Shown in pieces: positions 23,252 to 36,800 of a DNA stretch of 64,000 nucleotides. Below the pieces are notes generated by a model. That model searched no databases. It was not told where the DNA came from and saw only the letters and a list, made by a program, of their open reading frames with translations. How positions within the stretch are numbered: the stretch's first letter is position 1; the number at the start of each line of letters is the position of its first letter. Location: positions 13,144,001 to 13,208,000 of the forward strand of contig JBHGNT010000006.1 in assembly GCA_043228905.1 (NCBI GenBank), read 5' to 3'. The stretch is from Azolla caroliniana. Taxonomy: Eukaryota; Plantae; Polypodiophyta. The position numbers and the translations under genes were made by a program.

Positions 23252-25075
23252 CCCTCTTTTTTTACAAAGGCAACAACCTACAACAACTATATCTTCATCA
23301 TCAGATTTTTTTTTTTTTTTTTTTTAAGGAAGATACACCTTAGTATATTACTTGAAAAGTCTACATAAGAAAAGCATAAGGAGACATTTCATCATCGGAT
23401 AATTAATTGCCCTAGTTGTATTTATACTAATACAACTTTAGGACTATTTATAATTCTAGCCCAAATGGGTGCAACAAAACTTGTTTACAAATATGCCCTT
23501 TTCTAGACATCTCTCCAGATCCAATGTCGTTTCTTCATCGAATCCAACTAATCCGGCTCACTCTCCTCATTTGGTTGGTTCCACGGACTTCACTCCGGTT
23601 CGTGCTCTCCTTCTCATTCGGAGGGACCTATTTCCTAACGTGTAGGAGTCAAAGTTTTGGTACCACGTCCTTGATGCTTGTTTTTAGCCATAAAGGCTTT
23701 TCTTCAGTCGATATATGAGGTGACCTTCCTCTCCCATCGTCGTGAAGCCTGCCAGTTGAGACATATAGATGTCTTCTTCCAAGTCTTCGTGTACGAATGT
23801 CGTCTTTATGTCTAGTTGCTCGAGCTCTAAGTCTTCTGTCACCATGACGAGCAAAAGGGTGGTCATCTTGACTACCGGCGACAAGATCTCATCGTAGTCA
23901 GCCCCGTATTCTTGTTTGAATCCCTTGGCAACGAGCTGAACTTTATATTCGGGCTTCTCCAAATCAAATACATATTTGTATTTGAAGACCCATTTGTAGG
24001 GCAATGACTTCCTTCCAATTGGTAATTTGACCAACCCCCATGTCTGATTCTCTTTTATCAAGTCCATTTTGGATCTCATGGCTTGTTGCCATGTTTTGAC
24101 ATGCAATGTGGTTATAGCTTCCTTGTAGGAGCTTGGTTTGCCTACATCCGTGTAATTGACGTAGTCAAGGCCTGATTGATAGAACTATGTCAGCCTTCAG
24201 ACTTGTCTGAATCTCCTTGGTGACGATTTTGCTAGTTCAAATTCTTCAATCAGTTCTGGTGTCTGATTGACATTCGTTGAATTGTCGTTGTAAGGAGTCC
24301 ATTGGGATGATCAGTTGTGGTAGTTCTCTTGCATTGTTTTCAGATCCACCTCTCCCTCGGGAGTTGACCAATTTGTGAGTGCCTTGGCCGATACGGATCA
24401 ACCAGTGATCAATTTAGCCAATTGGGCTCTAGTTGGTCTTTCAGCCAATTCAAAGTCGGCTATTGGACCTTTTTTCGATTCAGATTTGATAAGGGGGTTG
24501 ATACTCAATTTGGCTTTAACATTTTGCTCATTTTCCGATTGGGATTGAGTAATCGACTCATCCTCATCTGATTCTTTCCCGAAAAGATCAAATGTGACTC
24601 TTTTGTTGATTTTTTTACTGGGATCAATCGGAGAGAATCAAGTCTTCGTTAAAGACTACACCACTATTCCGGATCAGTTTCTGGTTCTACGGGTCCCGTA
24701 GTCGATATCCTAGTTCTCCATTGGTTCCATAACTGAGAAATATACATTTTGTTGAATGGGGCGCTAGCTTGGTCCTTTTCTCCCACTGGATGAATGCATA
24801 GGCTTCACATCAGAATATACGAGCCTATTGTAGATCAGCTTCTTGTTAGACCATAGTGCATGAGGCACTTTGAGCCGAATTGCACTTGATGATGATAGAT
24901 TTATCATGTATATTGTTGTCTACAATGCTTCGGCCCAAAATTCCAACTTGAGTCCGGAAGGCAAGAGCATTGTTGTCACTCTCTCTTGGATTATCCGGTT
25001 GATCTGTTCTGAATGGGAGTGTAGTGAACGATCCTTTGGTGCCGAATCTCTTTGTCAGATAGGTATTGTAATGAT
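22470..25075 (-). mobile_element. Copia C integrase-RT remnants, interrupted by an LTR-like segment (~22850-23500)
   Basis: EFWAEAL, KWVFKYK, EQLDIKTTF, LKKSLYG, VVGSLMYAMV; LTR motif GTGGTTTTTCC..GGGTTTTTCCATG on the minus strand near 23040-23070. Confidence 0.85.
23179..23247. repeat. (CT)n microsatellite, followed by a poly-T run (23306-23325)
   Basis: Directly visible. Confidence 0.95.
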
Positions 25076-26273
25076 ATGGCCCCAAAAGAAATTGAACCCA
25101 TGACTTTATGTTACACGGTTCGAGGCCATACCACTAGGATAACAATTATAATACTAAACATTTTTATTTTCATTGCTTATTTCATTATAAAAAAATTATG
25201 TATACTTTAGATTACTCTATAACATTCTATAAACTTCAGGAATACTCATGATCATACTATCAATAGAGGCATATGGTATTATTCAGAACCAATTCGGTTC
25301 AACGCTAGTAATTAAGCCTCTTAGCTATCCTTGTACTCTTTCCATATAATATATTCTCTGTTATCATACTTCTTTATTCCACTTTATCTCTCTCCTTTTC
25401 TCTCTCGCGATTCTCCCATAATCTCTCTCCCTTCTCTATATATCTCGTACTAATTTTGATAGTACTATCTCTCTCTCTCTCTATATATATATATATCTAC
25501 TCTATCTCTAGTACTAATCCTCTCAGTCTCTAGTACTACTCCTGACATTTTGAACTGAATTCTCCATCATCTTATATTCCCTTCCTCTAATATTAAATGG
25601 CAATTGTTAGCGCACAAGAGTACCAATTTACTTGTAGAAAGTACAATGGAAATATTGTGATGATGATGATTGACTATATATTACTTTTCAAATGTATTTG
25701 GGATCACATGCGTAAATTCTCACTTGGTGAGTGGACACCGGAGTCCAATCATAGGACTTTAGGTATTGACCTCAAATGTATGCATGGGTTTGATTCTGAA
25801 AATGCTAATGAAGATAATAAGCAATCACACTTGAGCATGAACAATAAACCAACCCCCATGTATTCCAAGATGGCTAATGATATGTTACAAATGACAAAGA
25901 TACAATATTGTGCCACATTAAAATGCAAATGGAAAGTCATTATCAAATGCACAAATAAATGTTTTCGACCAACCACACGTCTTGGAAATGCATAAAGCAC
26001 ACAAGCTTCAACTACATCAACATCACTTCCATGACCATTGTTCATCCCCCCACTTTCACTACCATGGCCCTCACTATTCAAACTCCCTTATTTAATGCAT
26101 TTGCATCAACACCATCCTCCCTACCCCCAACTATCAATTAGCCGAATACTCCATAGTCTTTTGATTAGTGTGATGATGATGATGTCATACTTACCATTGT
26201 TGAGCTCTCCCCTCTGGATAATCTGCTTCCAATCACCTCACTTATGGGTTCATTGTTAAGAATATGTCTCTCC

Positions 26274-27063
26274 TGTGGGAGCAGTTGACTGTTTGGTTGA
26301 GTAAGAACTGACAGTCGAAGACAAGGAGTGGCCGACTATTAGTCGAAGACAATGAGCCGATTAGTTGGGCTGAGTCATAGCCGACAGTCAAAGACATGAA
26401 AGAGTCGACAATAGAAGATGGAAGTCAATGACAAGATTGACTAGTCAGGCCGACCGGATGGTCGACGACAAGGCCGAGTAGTCGAGCCAACTAGACAATT
26501 GACATAGGAGTCAGTTAGTCGAAACGCCTAGTCGATCAGTCGGTTGATTAATTGTTACTGTTGTTATTATAATGCCAATTATAGTAATAGTGACTATATT
26601 TATAAATATTCCATACTGTGTATAAGTATATATATACCTGGGGCAAACATTATGTATGTAGAATAGAACATAACGACACGATGTGTAGAGCGTAATAAAG
26701 TGAGAGAGAAGAAGAGTAACGCGTGAGAGAGAGCTCGCGCATAGACACAGTCAGAGAGGTGCTTGTTGTCTGAACCCTAAGGGGAATACTCTGCTATGCA
26801 GAGGTTGTAATCTGTTTTCCTTCTCTTGTACACCCACTATTATAGTGAAGATATGTTCTCCCGTGGTTTTCCCTTGGTTTAGGGTTTCCATGTAAAACCT
26901 GTGTATTTTGCGTACTATGTATATTTTGTCTATTTGCTGTTTTCTGTTTCCGCGTTGTGTATTTCTAGCAGATCTATCTCGTCTACTTACGGTCCATTAC
27001 TCATCATTCATTTGTAGACCCCTTTGTCCCATAGTTGTGCCACGTATTGGACGTTTAACCCAC
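26274..27063 (+). mobile_element. Probable solo LTR (Copia-type)
   Basis: TGTGGG...CCCAC termini; repeated AGTCGA motifs; TATA region; CCGTGGTTTTCCC..GGGTTTCCATGTAAA motif shared with LTRs at 23040 and 59478. No clear TSD. Confidence 0.6.
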
Positions 27064-27881
27064 CTAAAACATATAAATATCCATGATTACAACACTTAAA
27101 TTATGTGTGTGTTTTACGCTTTCTACCTTGCGTGTGATAAGGACAACAATTGGACAAGATACAATCATCGAAACCCACACCATCGGCTTGAGATGGGAAG
27201 AGAACATAGTCATTGGCAAACATGAGAAATGTGGGTCCATGTTATATCTAGCCACATAGGAATCCCTCTATAAAACATGGAGACCAACCCAACATAAATC
27301 CAAGTTGCATTGATAATCAATATGAGGAATGCTCTCTGCTTGTTTGGGTCTCGTTGACCATAAAACTACAATTAGGGAAGAAAGAAGCTTCTTTTTCCAT
27401 TTCTTTTCATTTCGACTTTGGCTTTTACTTTCTGCACCACAATTTTAAAAAATATTATGAGGAGAGTCCTCTCTGACGACGACTGTTGGTCCCCATGGGT
27501 CATGTGGTATCCCTCGGGAGGTGACAGATTTTGATAGTGTAAATGTATGTACATCGTTATGGTCACCTCCCCGGCTTCAAAGTGGTGATAAATAATATAA
27601 AGGTAAGGAGTTGATAAAATAAGAACTAAGATGAAAATGTTTTCATCTCGTTTTCTTTTCTTTGTCGACCCAAAGTAACTAACTCGAGTCAAGTCAAGTC
27701 AAGTTAAAGAAGAGATTGAGGGCACTCACTTACTCTTCTTTTATTTACATTACTTTGTCTGTCTTGTCTGTTTTCTGAAGCTGCTGCCTGCATTGCATGC
27801 ATGCCTGCCTGCCTGCGCGCGCCTGTTTTCTTGGAATCTCCGCCTCTTCCTTCCTCTGCCTCCTCCGTCCGCGTCCCGTCA

Positions 27882-30800
27882 ATGCGGTCTGAGAGAGCCA
27901 CCAAGAGGCTCACAGACGAAGGCTCCGGCGCTGTTTCTTCTTCTTCTCCTCCTCCTCCTGCGCTTCTTCCTCATTCTGGCAGTATCGCTCTTCCTCCTCA
28001 CAACATCCATCACCATCATAACAGCAACAATCAGGGGAAGCTTCTGGACCAGTTCAGGGCTGCCTTAGACCACAAGGAAGCGCAGATAGAGACCCTGAGG
28101 CTTCGGTCAGATGGCCTCCTCAAGTCTCTCAGGCTCAAAGATCTCGATGTTCAACATCTGCAGCAAGCTGTGGAAGATCGAAACCTTGCTATAATCAGGT
28201 ATTACTTCTTTGTCTCTATCGCACTTGTTTTTTAAATTTTTTTTTTGTTATTGTTTGTTCCAAACGTTATGGTATATGACTTGGTCTTTTTTGCTTGTTA
28301 TATGACTTCCGTGTCGTAGTCGGGAAAAATTGATAGATCAGACAAAACAACGACTCCTTTTTCAGAGAAAATCAGAGGTGATTCTTCAGTAGACATCTCG
28401 TAAATCTTGAGAAATTTGCATTTTAGGAAAATTTTGCTTTTCATTAATGCATAGGATGAATCTGTTTAATCACAAATTCAGAAATTTACATGCACAAAGC
28501 ATCCATAATGATTTCTAATATTTTTCTATTCTAATGTAATGCAATGAAATATGATTATCATGAGGAGTTTGTGAATAATGTTACTCCGAGAATCGTGTTT
28601 ATGCCACCATTTTTACTCACCCAAGTGAACCAAGGAATGTTACCGCCCCATACTTCCACCCCATAGAGAAGCACTGATGTCACCAAAGTGTTGAAAAGGT
28701 GTTTCTTGAAGACTTAACACTTAACTTTTCCATGTCAAATGCATATGCTCTCTTTCCTGCCTTTAGGTGGCAGTTAACACATTCATTCTATCTATGTTTT
28801 GAAGGACCTTCAAGGCCAAGGTATTTAAAGTTTTCCACAGTTTCAGGTGGCTCATTATTGTACATAGTTCGTGGTGTATCCTTATTTTGGCTTGTCACTA
28901 TCATAATCTTTGTTTTAGAGCTATTGACAGTCACCTCTGTATCTTTGTAAAACTCTTCCAATGCCCTCATAAGCTGTGTGCATCTCCTAAAGTGTTTGCA
29001 AAAAGTACGACATCATTTGTATACAACAAAAGCATAATGACTACATTCCCAATGACAATTTCATCCTTAGCAAACTTGGCAATCATTTGTTCTAATTCAT
29101 CAAATGTATAAACCAAATAGAGTTGGAGAGAGTGGGCATCCCTGCCTAACACCAATAGTGCTATTAAAATTTTTGAAATTTTCATTGTGCATACGCACAC
29201 AACCTATGACCTTCTCATAAATTTGAACAATTGCAAGCGTGTATTCTTTTGTCACTTGAGTTCTTCCATGTGTTTCCAAAGATGGTCACTAGGTACCATA
29301 TCAAAAGCTGTACTGAAGTCTATGAAGCAACAACAAACCCATACCTCTCAAGTGACTTTCCACTATTAACACTCAAAGAGTGACAAGGAGATCGATGGTG
29401 CTATGGTGTTTTCGAAAGTTAGCTTGTCTATAAGCTCTCTTTCCATTTTTTTAGCCCAATGCACTTACCTTTGATTCTGTTATACATCCAAATAATTTTG
29501 TCATTAGTGAGTTGACCATGATGGTTCAATAATTGTTTACATAACAAATGAGCTTGGGGCTACGTGCACAACAAATTGCAATTGCTTGATTTATTGCAAC
29601 CCCTTTGTTATGTTTTGTTTGGGAGTCCATTTGTGTAGCCTTTGAGTGACTTGTAGCATGAGTAGGAGTGATGGGGCGTAAGAAAGTTGTGATTGTGCTT
29701 TGTTGATGAGCTTGTGTGGTTGTGTTGTTGTCCTTCAACAATCTCTCTTTGTGTCTCTTGAACTCTAGCAAGAAAAGCTCAAAGCACTGTTGCTCCTCAT
29801 ATTCCATTATGTTGTGTGATGGGCCAAAGCCTTGCTTAAATATGCAATGGTATCTCCCTTTTATTTCATTAAAAACACTAAAATGACAAACATATTTTCT
29901 TTAGATTTCCACTCCCTAATGATACAATTGGCAAATTCTATCTTCTAGAGGTTTTTGTGCATATCGGCCTATCTCAATCTCTAATTGATGTGATGAAGTT
30001 CACGAATGCTGTATCATGGCACACAATTTATATTATAGATGTATGTCCAGATATGATGGTCTCATGATGATCTATCCTTCGATGCGTGCAAAAAGTGTCT
30101 TATAGTGATCCGTGTTGTCTTGTTTTCCAAGTTAATAATGCCAGTTCAGATCACTCTATTATTTTCCACATTGCTCATTATTTTGATGGGGGCAATCCAA
30201 GGTATATTGGAATGGAGGCAGCTCATTTATGTTTATGCTATGTGACTCGAATCATTGTTGCATTTCAGCATACCAACAATGAATGCATTTGTGGACTATT
30301 GTAAAAGTAATAGAGTCCAATTGGAAGGTGACCTCTATTGTTTCATCGTCAACACCCAGACAAGATGCAATTGATTCTTGGCAAGACCAAGATGGTTGCG
30401 TGCATGCTTTCATGCTCTTCAACATGAAGCCTCAAGTTGCTGGTCAATTTCTTGGCAAAGATGACGAGACAGCAAAAGAGTTGTGGGATGCAGTCCAACA
30501 AAGGTATCATAGAGCTAATAAGGTTCGAATGATCGCTTTAGGGAACCAACTAACCAATCTTCAAGTTTCTAATAGCCCTAATATTATGGATTAGATCACA
30601 CATTTTGTCTCACTCCAAAAGCAGGTTGTGTCCTTAGGAAGCAAGGACACTGAAGAAGAGTTTGCACATTGCTTGATAATCAAGCTCTCATAATCTTTTT
30701 GAGGCATTTTGTGACTATATTTCCATTTTTCCCGTTACGTTCTCTTTGTATACCTCTGTAGGCATGTTACAAGATAGGGATGTGAGGCAAACTAGCACCT

Positions 30801-33800
30801 CAAGTTTTGGAGAGACTCTTCTCCATGTTCAAACCAAATGCAAATGGAATGCCTCTCATAATAACAGCAAATCTTCATCGTAACCAACCAACAATCCAGC
30901 CCACAAGGAGCCTGCTTGGAAGTTTCATCTACGACAACGTCTTTATGGAAGTTATGCTTTGGTAGCTCAAGAAGATCATTACTTGGCACCTCAACTATGA
31001 CTCTTCAAAAGCTTTGTTCACCTAAATGGTATATTGACTTCCTCATTTCAATGTCTCCAATATCTCCAATGTCTCTTATGTGGTTAGGTTAGTATACATG
31101 GGAAGCACCACTGCACCTTTTCCTTCTCAAGCTACTCATCATGCCACATCTATTTTGGAGTTAGTGCACATTTATTTTCGTGGTCCAATGCGGCACACAA
31201 CTCTTGGAGGTGTGGGATATTTCATTCTTATAATTGATGATTTCTCATGCCAAGTTTGGGTTCACTTGTGTTCAGCCAAATTTGAAGCATTCTCTAGGTT
31301 TCAAGAATGGGTGTCTAATTGACGCGAAAACCTCCTAGAATGTTTGAAAAATCAGATCTGACAATGGTGATGAGTTTATTTCAAATGCCGTCCATAACTT
31401 TTGTTCTCAAAGAGGTGTTGCTCGTCAGTTTTCTGTCTCCAACTCTCCGCAACAAAATGGATGGTAGAAAGGAAGAACAGGCCTGTTCAAGAAATGGCTC
31501 GAGCGATGCTGTCTCAGTCTGATATTCCCCTTAAGTTTTGGGGTTGAAGAAGTTCACACAAATGTCCATATCATTGACTGTTGTTCTACTAAGACAGTTG
31601 CTGAAATAACCCGTGAAGAGGCGTTTACAGATCATAATCTTTCGGTTTCTCACCTTGGTATGTTTGGATCTGATGCGTTTGTTCATATTTCAGATACTAA
31701 ACAGATTAAGTTTGAGTTCAAGATCAAGAAATGCAAGTTTCTTGGGTATCACAGCCATTCCAAGGCATATCAAACTAAATTATTGTCATTTCTGGAGCTT
31801 TTTGTTTTTTAGAGTCATAATCTGACAACTCTAGAATTATTCCAGAATTTGTTGTGAGGTTCCAACTCCATCTACATCAGTCGTCCCACCGTTGCTCTCA
31901 ACTACCATCTCAACTACTGAAAGCTCATCTTCTAAGTCACCTTCCCCTATTCAACCCTCATCTCCTACTGCTCAAGAACCTATCCCTCCACTTATTCCCC
32001 GATGGCAATACCAAACTCTTCGCGATTACCATATTTTTGATGTTGATAATCATCAACATGCAGCCAGCTTATCTACACCATTTGCAAGAGCTTATACAAC
32101 CCAACAGCCTCGAAATACATGCAACTTTACCTTCCAATGTAATGTCATACAAACGTATGAGCCTATTAGAGCAAAAGAAGCCCTTGCTCTTCTCAATGGA
32201 AGGCAACCACGGAGGTAGAGCTTGATTGCATTGAGATTATCCAGCTCTACCTCCATAATCTTGAAACCCTTATCCAAAGTACCATCAACATGGTACTTGG
32301 TCTTGAAAATCCATTTCAGTTCATTGACTTGCCTGTGATGAGGCTGAGGAACCAACTCCCATGTGTAATTCCTCTCAATGGAATTAAATTCAACTTCCAT
32401 TGCCACTTTCTATTTTAGAAGAACACGAGTTTCTTTTGTTGTAGTGGGTTCTTGTGATTTAACAGCAGTGCATAGTAAGGCACAATTGCATGAGTGTAGA
32501 GGCCGTTGTGACCTGCGTGTTTGTCTTGTGTTAGTAGGAGAACCAACTATATACTCATGACGTTTAGCATCGGAGAGAAGGGTTTTAAATCATGAATGGT
32601 GGTTTGAAGCCACCTCGGATGTGGTGGAAACTGGTGTGTAGAGGGAGGGAAAACAATTGGAGTTGAGGGAGGGGTTTGAGTCGGAGGTGAAGTTAGTGTT
32701 AGACTGGGAGTGGGGGTGGATATGGGGGACTTGAACTAGAATAGGAGATTCCGAAGCAGCAAGGATTTCAACCATGAATTCAAGTAAAATCCTAGAGTCA
32801 TTCAACTTAGACTCCACAAAATGAACATCACTAGAGATGAACAGGGACTTTGATTCTAGATCCCATAACTTGTAAGCTTTAGATTGTGGGTTGTAACCAA
32901 GGAACTTGTATTTCTTGGTTTTGGACTCAAATTTAATCCTTTAATAATCTGAAATGTGAACATAAGCATCACAACTAAAGAGTTTTAAATAAGAAAGTGA
33001 GAGGTTTACTATGAGCTCTCCTGGACTATCCGGTCTCCCTCTGTACCACACCATTTTGTTGAGGAGTATTGGGTGTAGAAAATTAGTGAGCAATTCTTGG
33101 TCAAGAGCAAAAACAGTGGAAAGCGTGTGAGATAAACTCTCCACTAGTGTCGGACCTGATCTTTCGAACTTTCTTTGATGCCTCATTCTTGACAAGAGCT
33201 ACCCATTCTTGAAATTTGGTGAAGGCTTGAGTTTTTTCTGCAAACAAATAAAGCCAAACCTTACGTGAGAAATCATCAATGATAAGCATGAAATAGCATG
33301 CACCGCCAAGAATAGTGATTGTACTGTAGCAAAGCCTTTATCTGCAGTTCACTACCATTATGTTTGTGAGCTTGTTGCTAGCCAGATCATCAGATTGGGT
33401 GATCGTTCAATTTGAGAAAATGGTGGCTGATCTCTTTACCAAACCTGCAAACTACTGATAAATTCCGTACTCATCTCAATGTAAGAGCACCTTTCTGGAG
33501 CTGAGAGCTGTTGGAGGGTGACAGCCCCACAACTGATCTCTCCCTTATGCAATCTCTCTCTGCACATTCCTGACTATGGATTTACTAAGTTCATGATTTA
33601 CTACAGTTGACTTTTAGAATGTACCACTACATAGAGAAGAGTGGGGGTGACAAGTGTGTCAAATAGCCACAATTTAGTTTGTGGCCCTGGGAACTGTAAA
33701 TGTGCTGATTGTCTTTCATGTTTGGCAAGAGCTGCATATCCATTAGAAAATTGAACACAGGCAGTGTCATGTAAGGAGAACCGAGGCCCGATGAATGTTA

Positions 33801-36800
33801 CTCCTCGGTATGTTTGTGATCGTGTGTATGCTGCCTTTTGCTCTCTCAAGAAGGATTCTGGTTCTGATCTTGTTACCATGCTTTACTGGTGTTGAACACT
33901 TATCACTTTAGTTTTATCTATGTTCACAATCAAATCTTTGTTTGTAAGAAATCATTTTAAGGCATCTGGAGAGAAAGACAATGTTTTATATGAGCAGAAA
34001 GCACAAATCGAGAAAAAGGACCTTGAGATTGCATTCTTGAAAGCGAAAAGTATACGACAACATAATAAACTAACAGAGCAGTCAAATTTACTGTCAACCC
34101 TTCACAATCAAAAGGAAAAGATGCAGCAGGATGTGTATGCATACTCTCAACATGTAAAAAAGAAGGTAAATTAATTGCTCCAGAGACTTGAAGCATGTTA
34201 ACTTTGTGGAGGAATTTTGACATAATAATTACCTGTGGCCTCTGTTATTCAGGTGCATAAGCTGAAGGAAAACCTGCAATTTGCATTAGCATCCATACAA
34301 CAAAAGGATGAGGTGACCTGTTGCATGTTTTTAAGAAGTCAAACATTCTTCTGTTGAATATAATTTTCACACTGTAGAGCGAAACTTTTTTCTTGAGTCA
34401 ATGCCATTTCAGTGATTGGTCTGACGTCATAAATCCTTATTTGCATCCGCTCAAGAGATCAGGAACTTGAGCTCCAATCAAAATGCATTGACGATTTGAA
34501 GGCTGATATTTGGAAAATGGAACGATTGCTTCAAGATATCAAGATGGAGCAAGAGAAACTTCAATATAATCTGGACAGGTGCTTTTTCTCTGTACTTATT
34601 ATATTTATTGTTCTAAGTTTGTAATCAATGTTGGATTGCATTGCTCAATGTTTGGGCCCTTTTACCTGCTATGCCAAATGGACATGAGCACATGCTCTCG
34701 TGTAATATTGACCCTTTATAGCAATCGTTCAGTGATTTTACTATACCTTGGTGTCCGCGAGAAATGTCGGATTCGACACTTACAAGCTAAAATCTAGCTT
34801 TAGGAAGGTGTGCTTGTTATATGCTGGTGTCTGCCAGAAATGGCTTTATATTGAGCCTTTATAGCAATCATTCAGTTGTTTCGCTATCTATACCTTGGTG
34901 TCCACCAGAAATGACTGGTTCCACACTGAAAAGCTAAAATATAGCCTTTAGGGAGGTGTACTTGGTGTGAAAACTAATATCTAGTTTTTGGCTGGAAAGT
35001 GATGGATGATGTTCTGCAAGCAGTTTCTCTAAAGTGGTGTTTTCTCATAGGAAAAATCTCGACATAATCTCAGATTCTCTCATAAACCAATGTTTCCAAA
35101 CCTTCCTGTTTCAGATCTATTTGCGCAGTCTACATATTTTGTTTTTTCTCATCCTATTGAAATATACATATCATTTTTTTAATCTACAGAGTCTTCTCAC
35201 GTATTCTCATCATACCAGCACCCAACCATTGAGTCTTGGTTCTTGCTGAGTGAGATTTTGTCATTGCAATTGATGTGTGCTTGAGCAAATTGCTGTGTTT
35301 GCAAAATGTAGTTATTTGCTTTTAACCATTTGATGTGAAGAGTATTCTGTGTGGTTACATGAAAACGTAATTGGTGTTCTATGTCCTTTCCTTCATGTAA
35401 TCACTTCAAATAGCCAAGACATCATTCAAGAGAAAGACTACTAATTCCTCAATCATATCTTAATGATGATCATACGTGATCATGAATGTTGAGTTTGCCA
35501 TCTACGTCCTGTGGAGGATATTCTCTAAAACCAAGAAAATTCTTGAAGCTCGGCTTTTTTCTGCGTGCCTAGCTTATTTGATTTTTTAGTTTTTAAATTA
35601 TTCAAAGATAAGAGGAAAGTCTTTACAAATACCGTTTGAACCAAAAGCCCAAAATTCTCATCATTAGCCTCCGGCTTCCCAAGAAGGAAGGATGATATTT
35701 ATGCTCACTAAACCATCATTGTTCTTTGCTTCCATTGCTTTTGAACAAGCAGTGATAATGCAATTTGAACCAAAAGCCCAAAATTCTCATCATTAGCCTC
35801 CGGCTTCCCAAGAAGGAAGGATGATATTTATGCTCACTAAACCATCATTGTTCTTTGCTTCCATTGCTTTTGAACAAGCAGTGACAATGCAATTTGCTGG
35901 CAATCAGCTTAATGGTTACTCATCTGATATAGCAAAACTGCGGAATTGTGACATTGACTATCCCTCTCACAATGATAATGAACCATATAAACTCCCTAGG
36001 ATAATGTGATGAATGGAACTTCTTGGGTTATTGCACAACACATCTTAATGGAACATACTAATAGTTGAAGTAGAAACTACCAAAAGATGGCTTCTTCTTC
36101 CATATATGCAAGCTCCTGGTGCGGCAGGGGATACTATCATCCTTCCTGAATGTCAAAGCATTTTACACTATCCATGGCATCTTTTCAAAGACAAAAGTCC
36201 CTTGATAAGTCTCCAACAGTCATCCATCAATAAAGATCTAAAATAATCATCACTCTCTCAATTGGCAAACCTGTCGCAATCATTGCAATGTTAGATATAA
36301 TCAATGATCAACCCCAAGTTGCCAATTTATCCCCACGTGTATTCTTAGAGTGCACATTTTGTGATAGCGTCCCAAATGAGTAGCTATTGTGCAACCCGAC
36401 CATATGGGTTGACAAGGTGTCAATGTAGGAAACCTAAATTGAGTAGCACAGAATGTATTTCAGAAAGAGGCCAATAGGGTAATAGGATTGACTGGAAGAA
36501 TGTTTTGTGGGCAAGTTAAGATATACATAGCCTTGAAGGACGTGCCATTGACTTTAAGATAAACACTATCTAGCACTAGCTTGTATCTAGGGAGCTAGGT
36601 AAATGACAAGTCAGTCGACAGAAAAGGAATATCCCACTACTATAAACTGACTTGCACATTTAATGTGACATAGACCAAACAAAGAATATAATCCTGTCTC
36701 TTTCTCTTTCTCTTTCTTCTTGGGAGAGGAAAAGGTGGAATACATAACAATCGGCAACGGCTTAATGGTTTCAACGGTTTGGTTCGGTTCAGGTTTAGGT

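Noticed and set aside
34713-34966. Diverged ~145-bp duplication in intron 5 (similar case at 51225-51455)
   Set aside because: Old local duplications with no coding or structural signal.
35900-36480. Possible very old L1-type LINE relic on the minus strand (also 43150-43650)
   Set aside because: Only faint motif resemblance; too degraded to call by eye.
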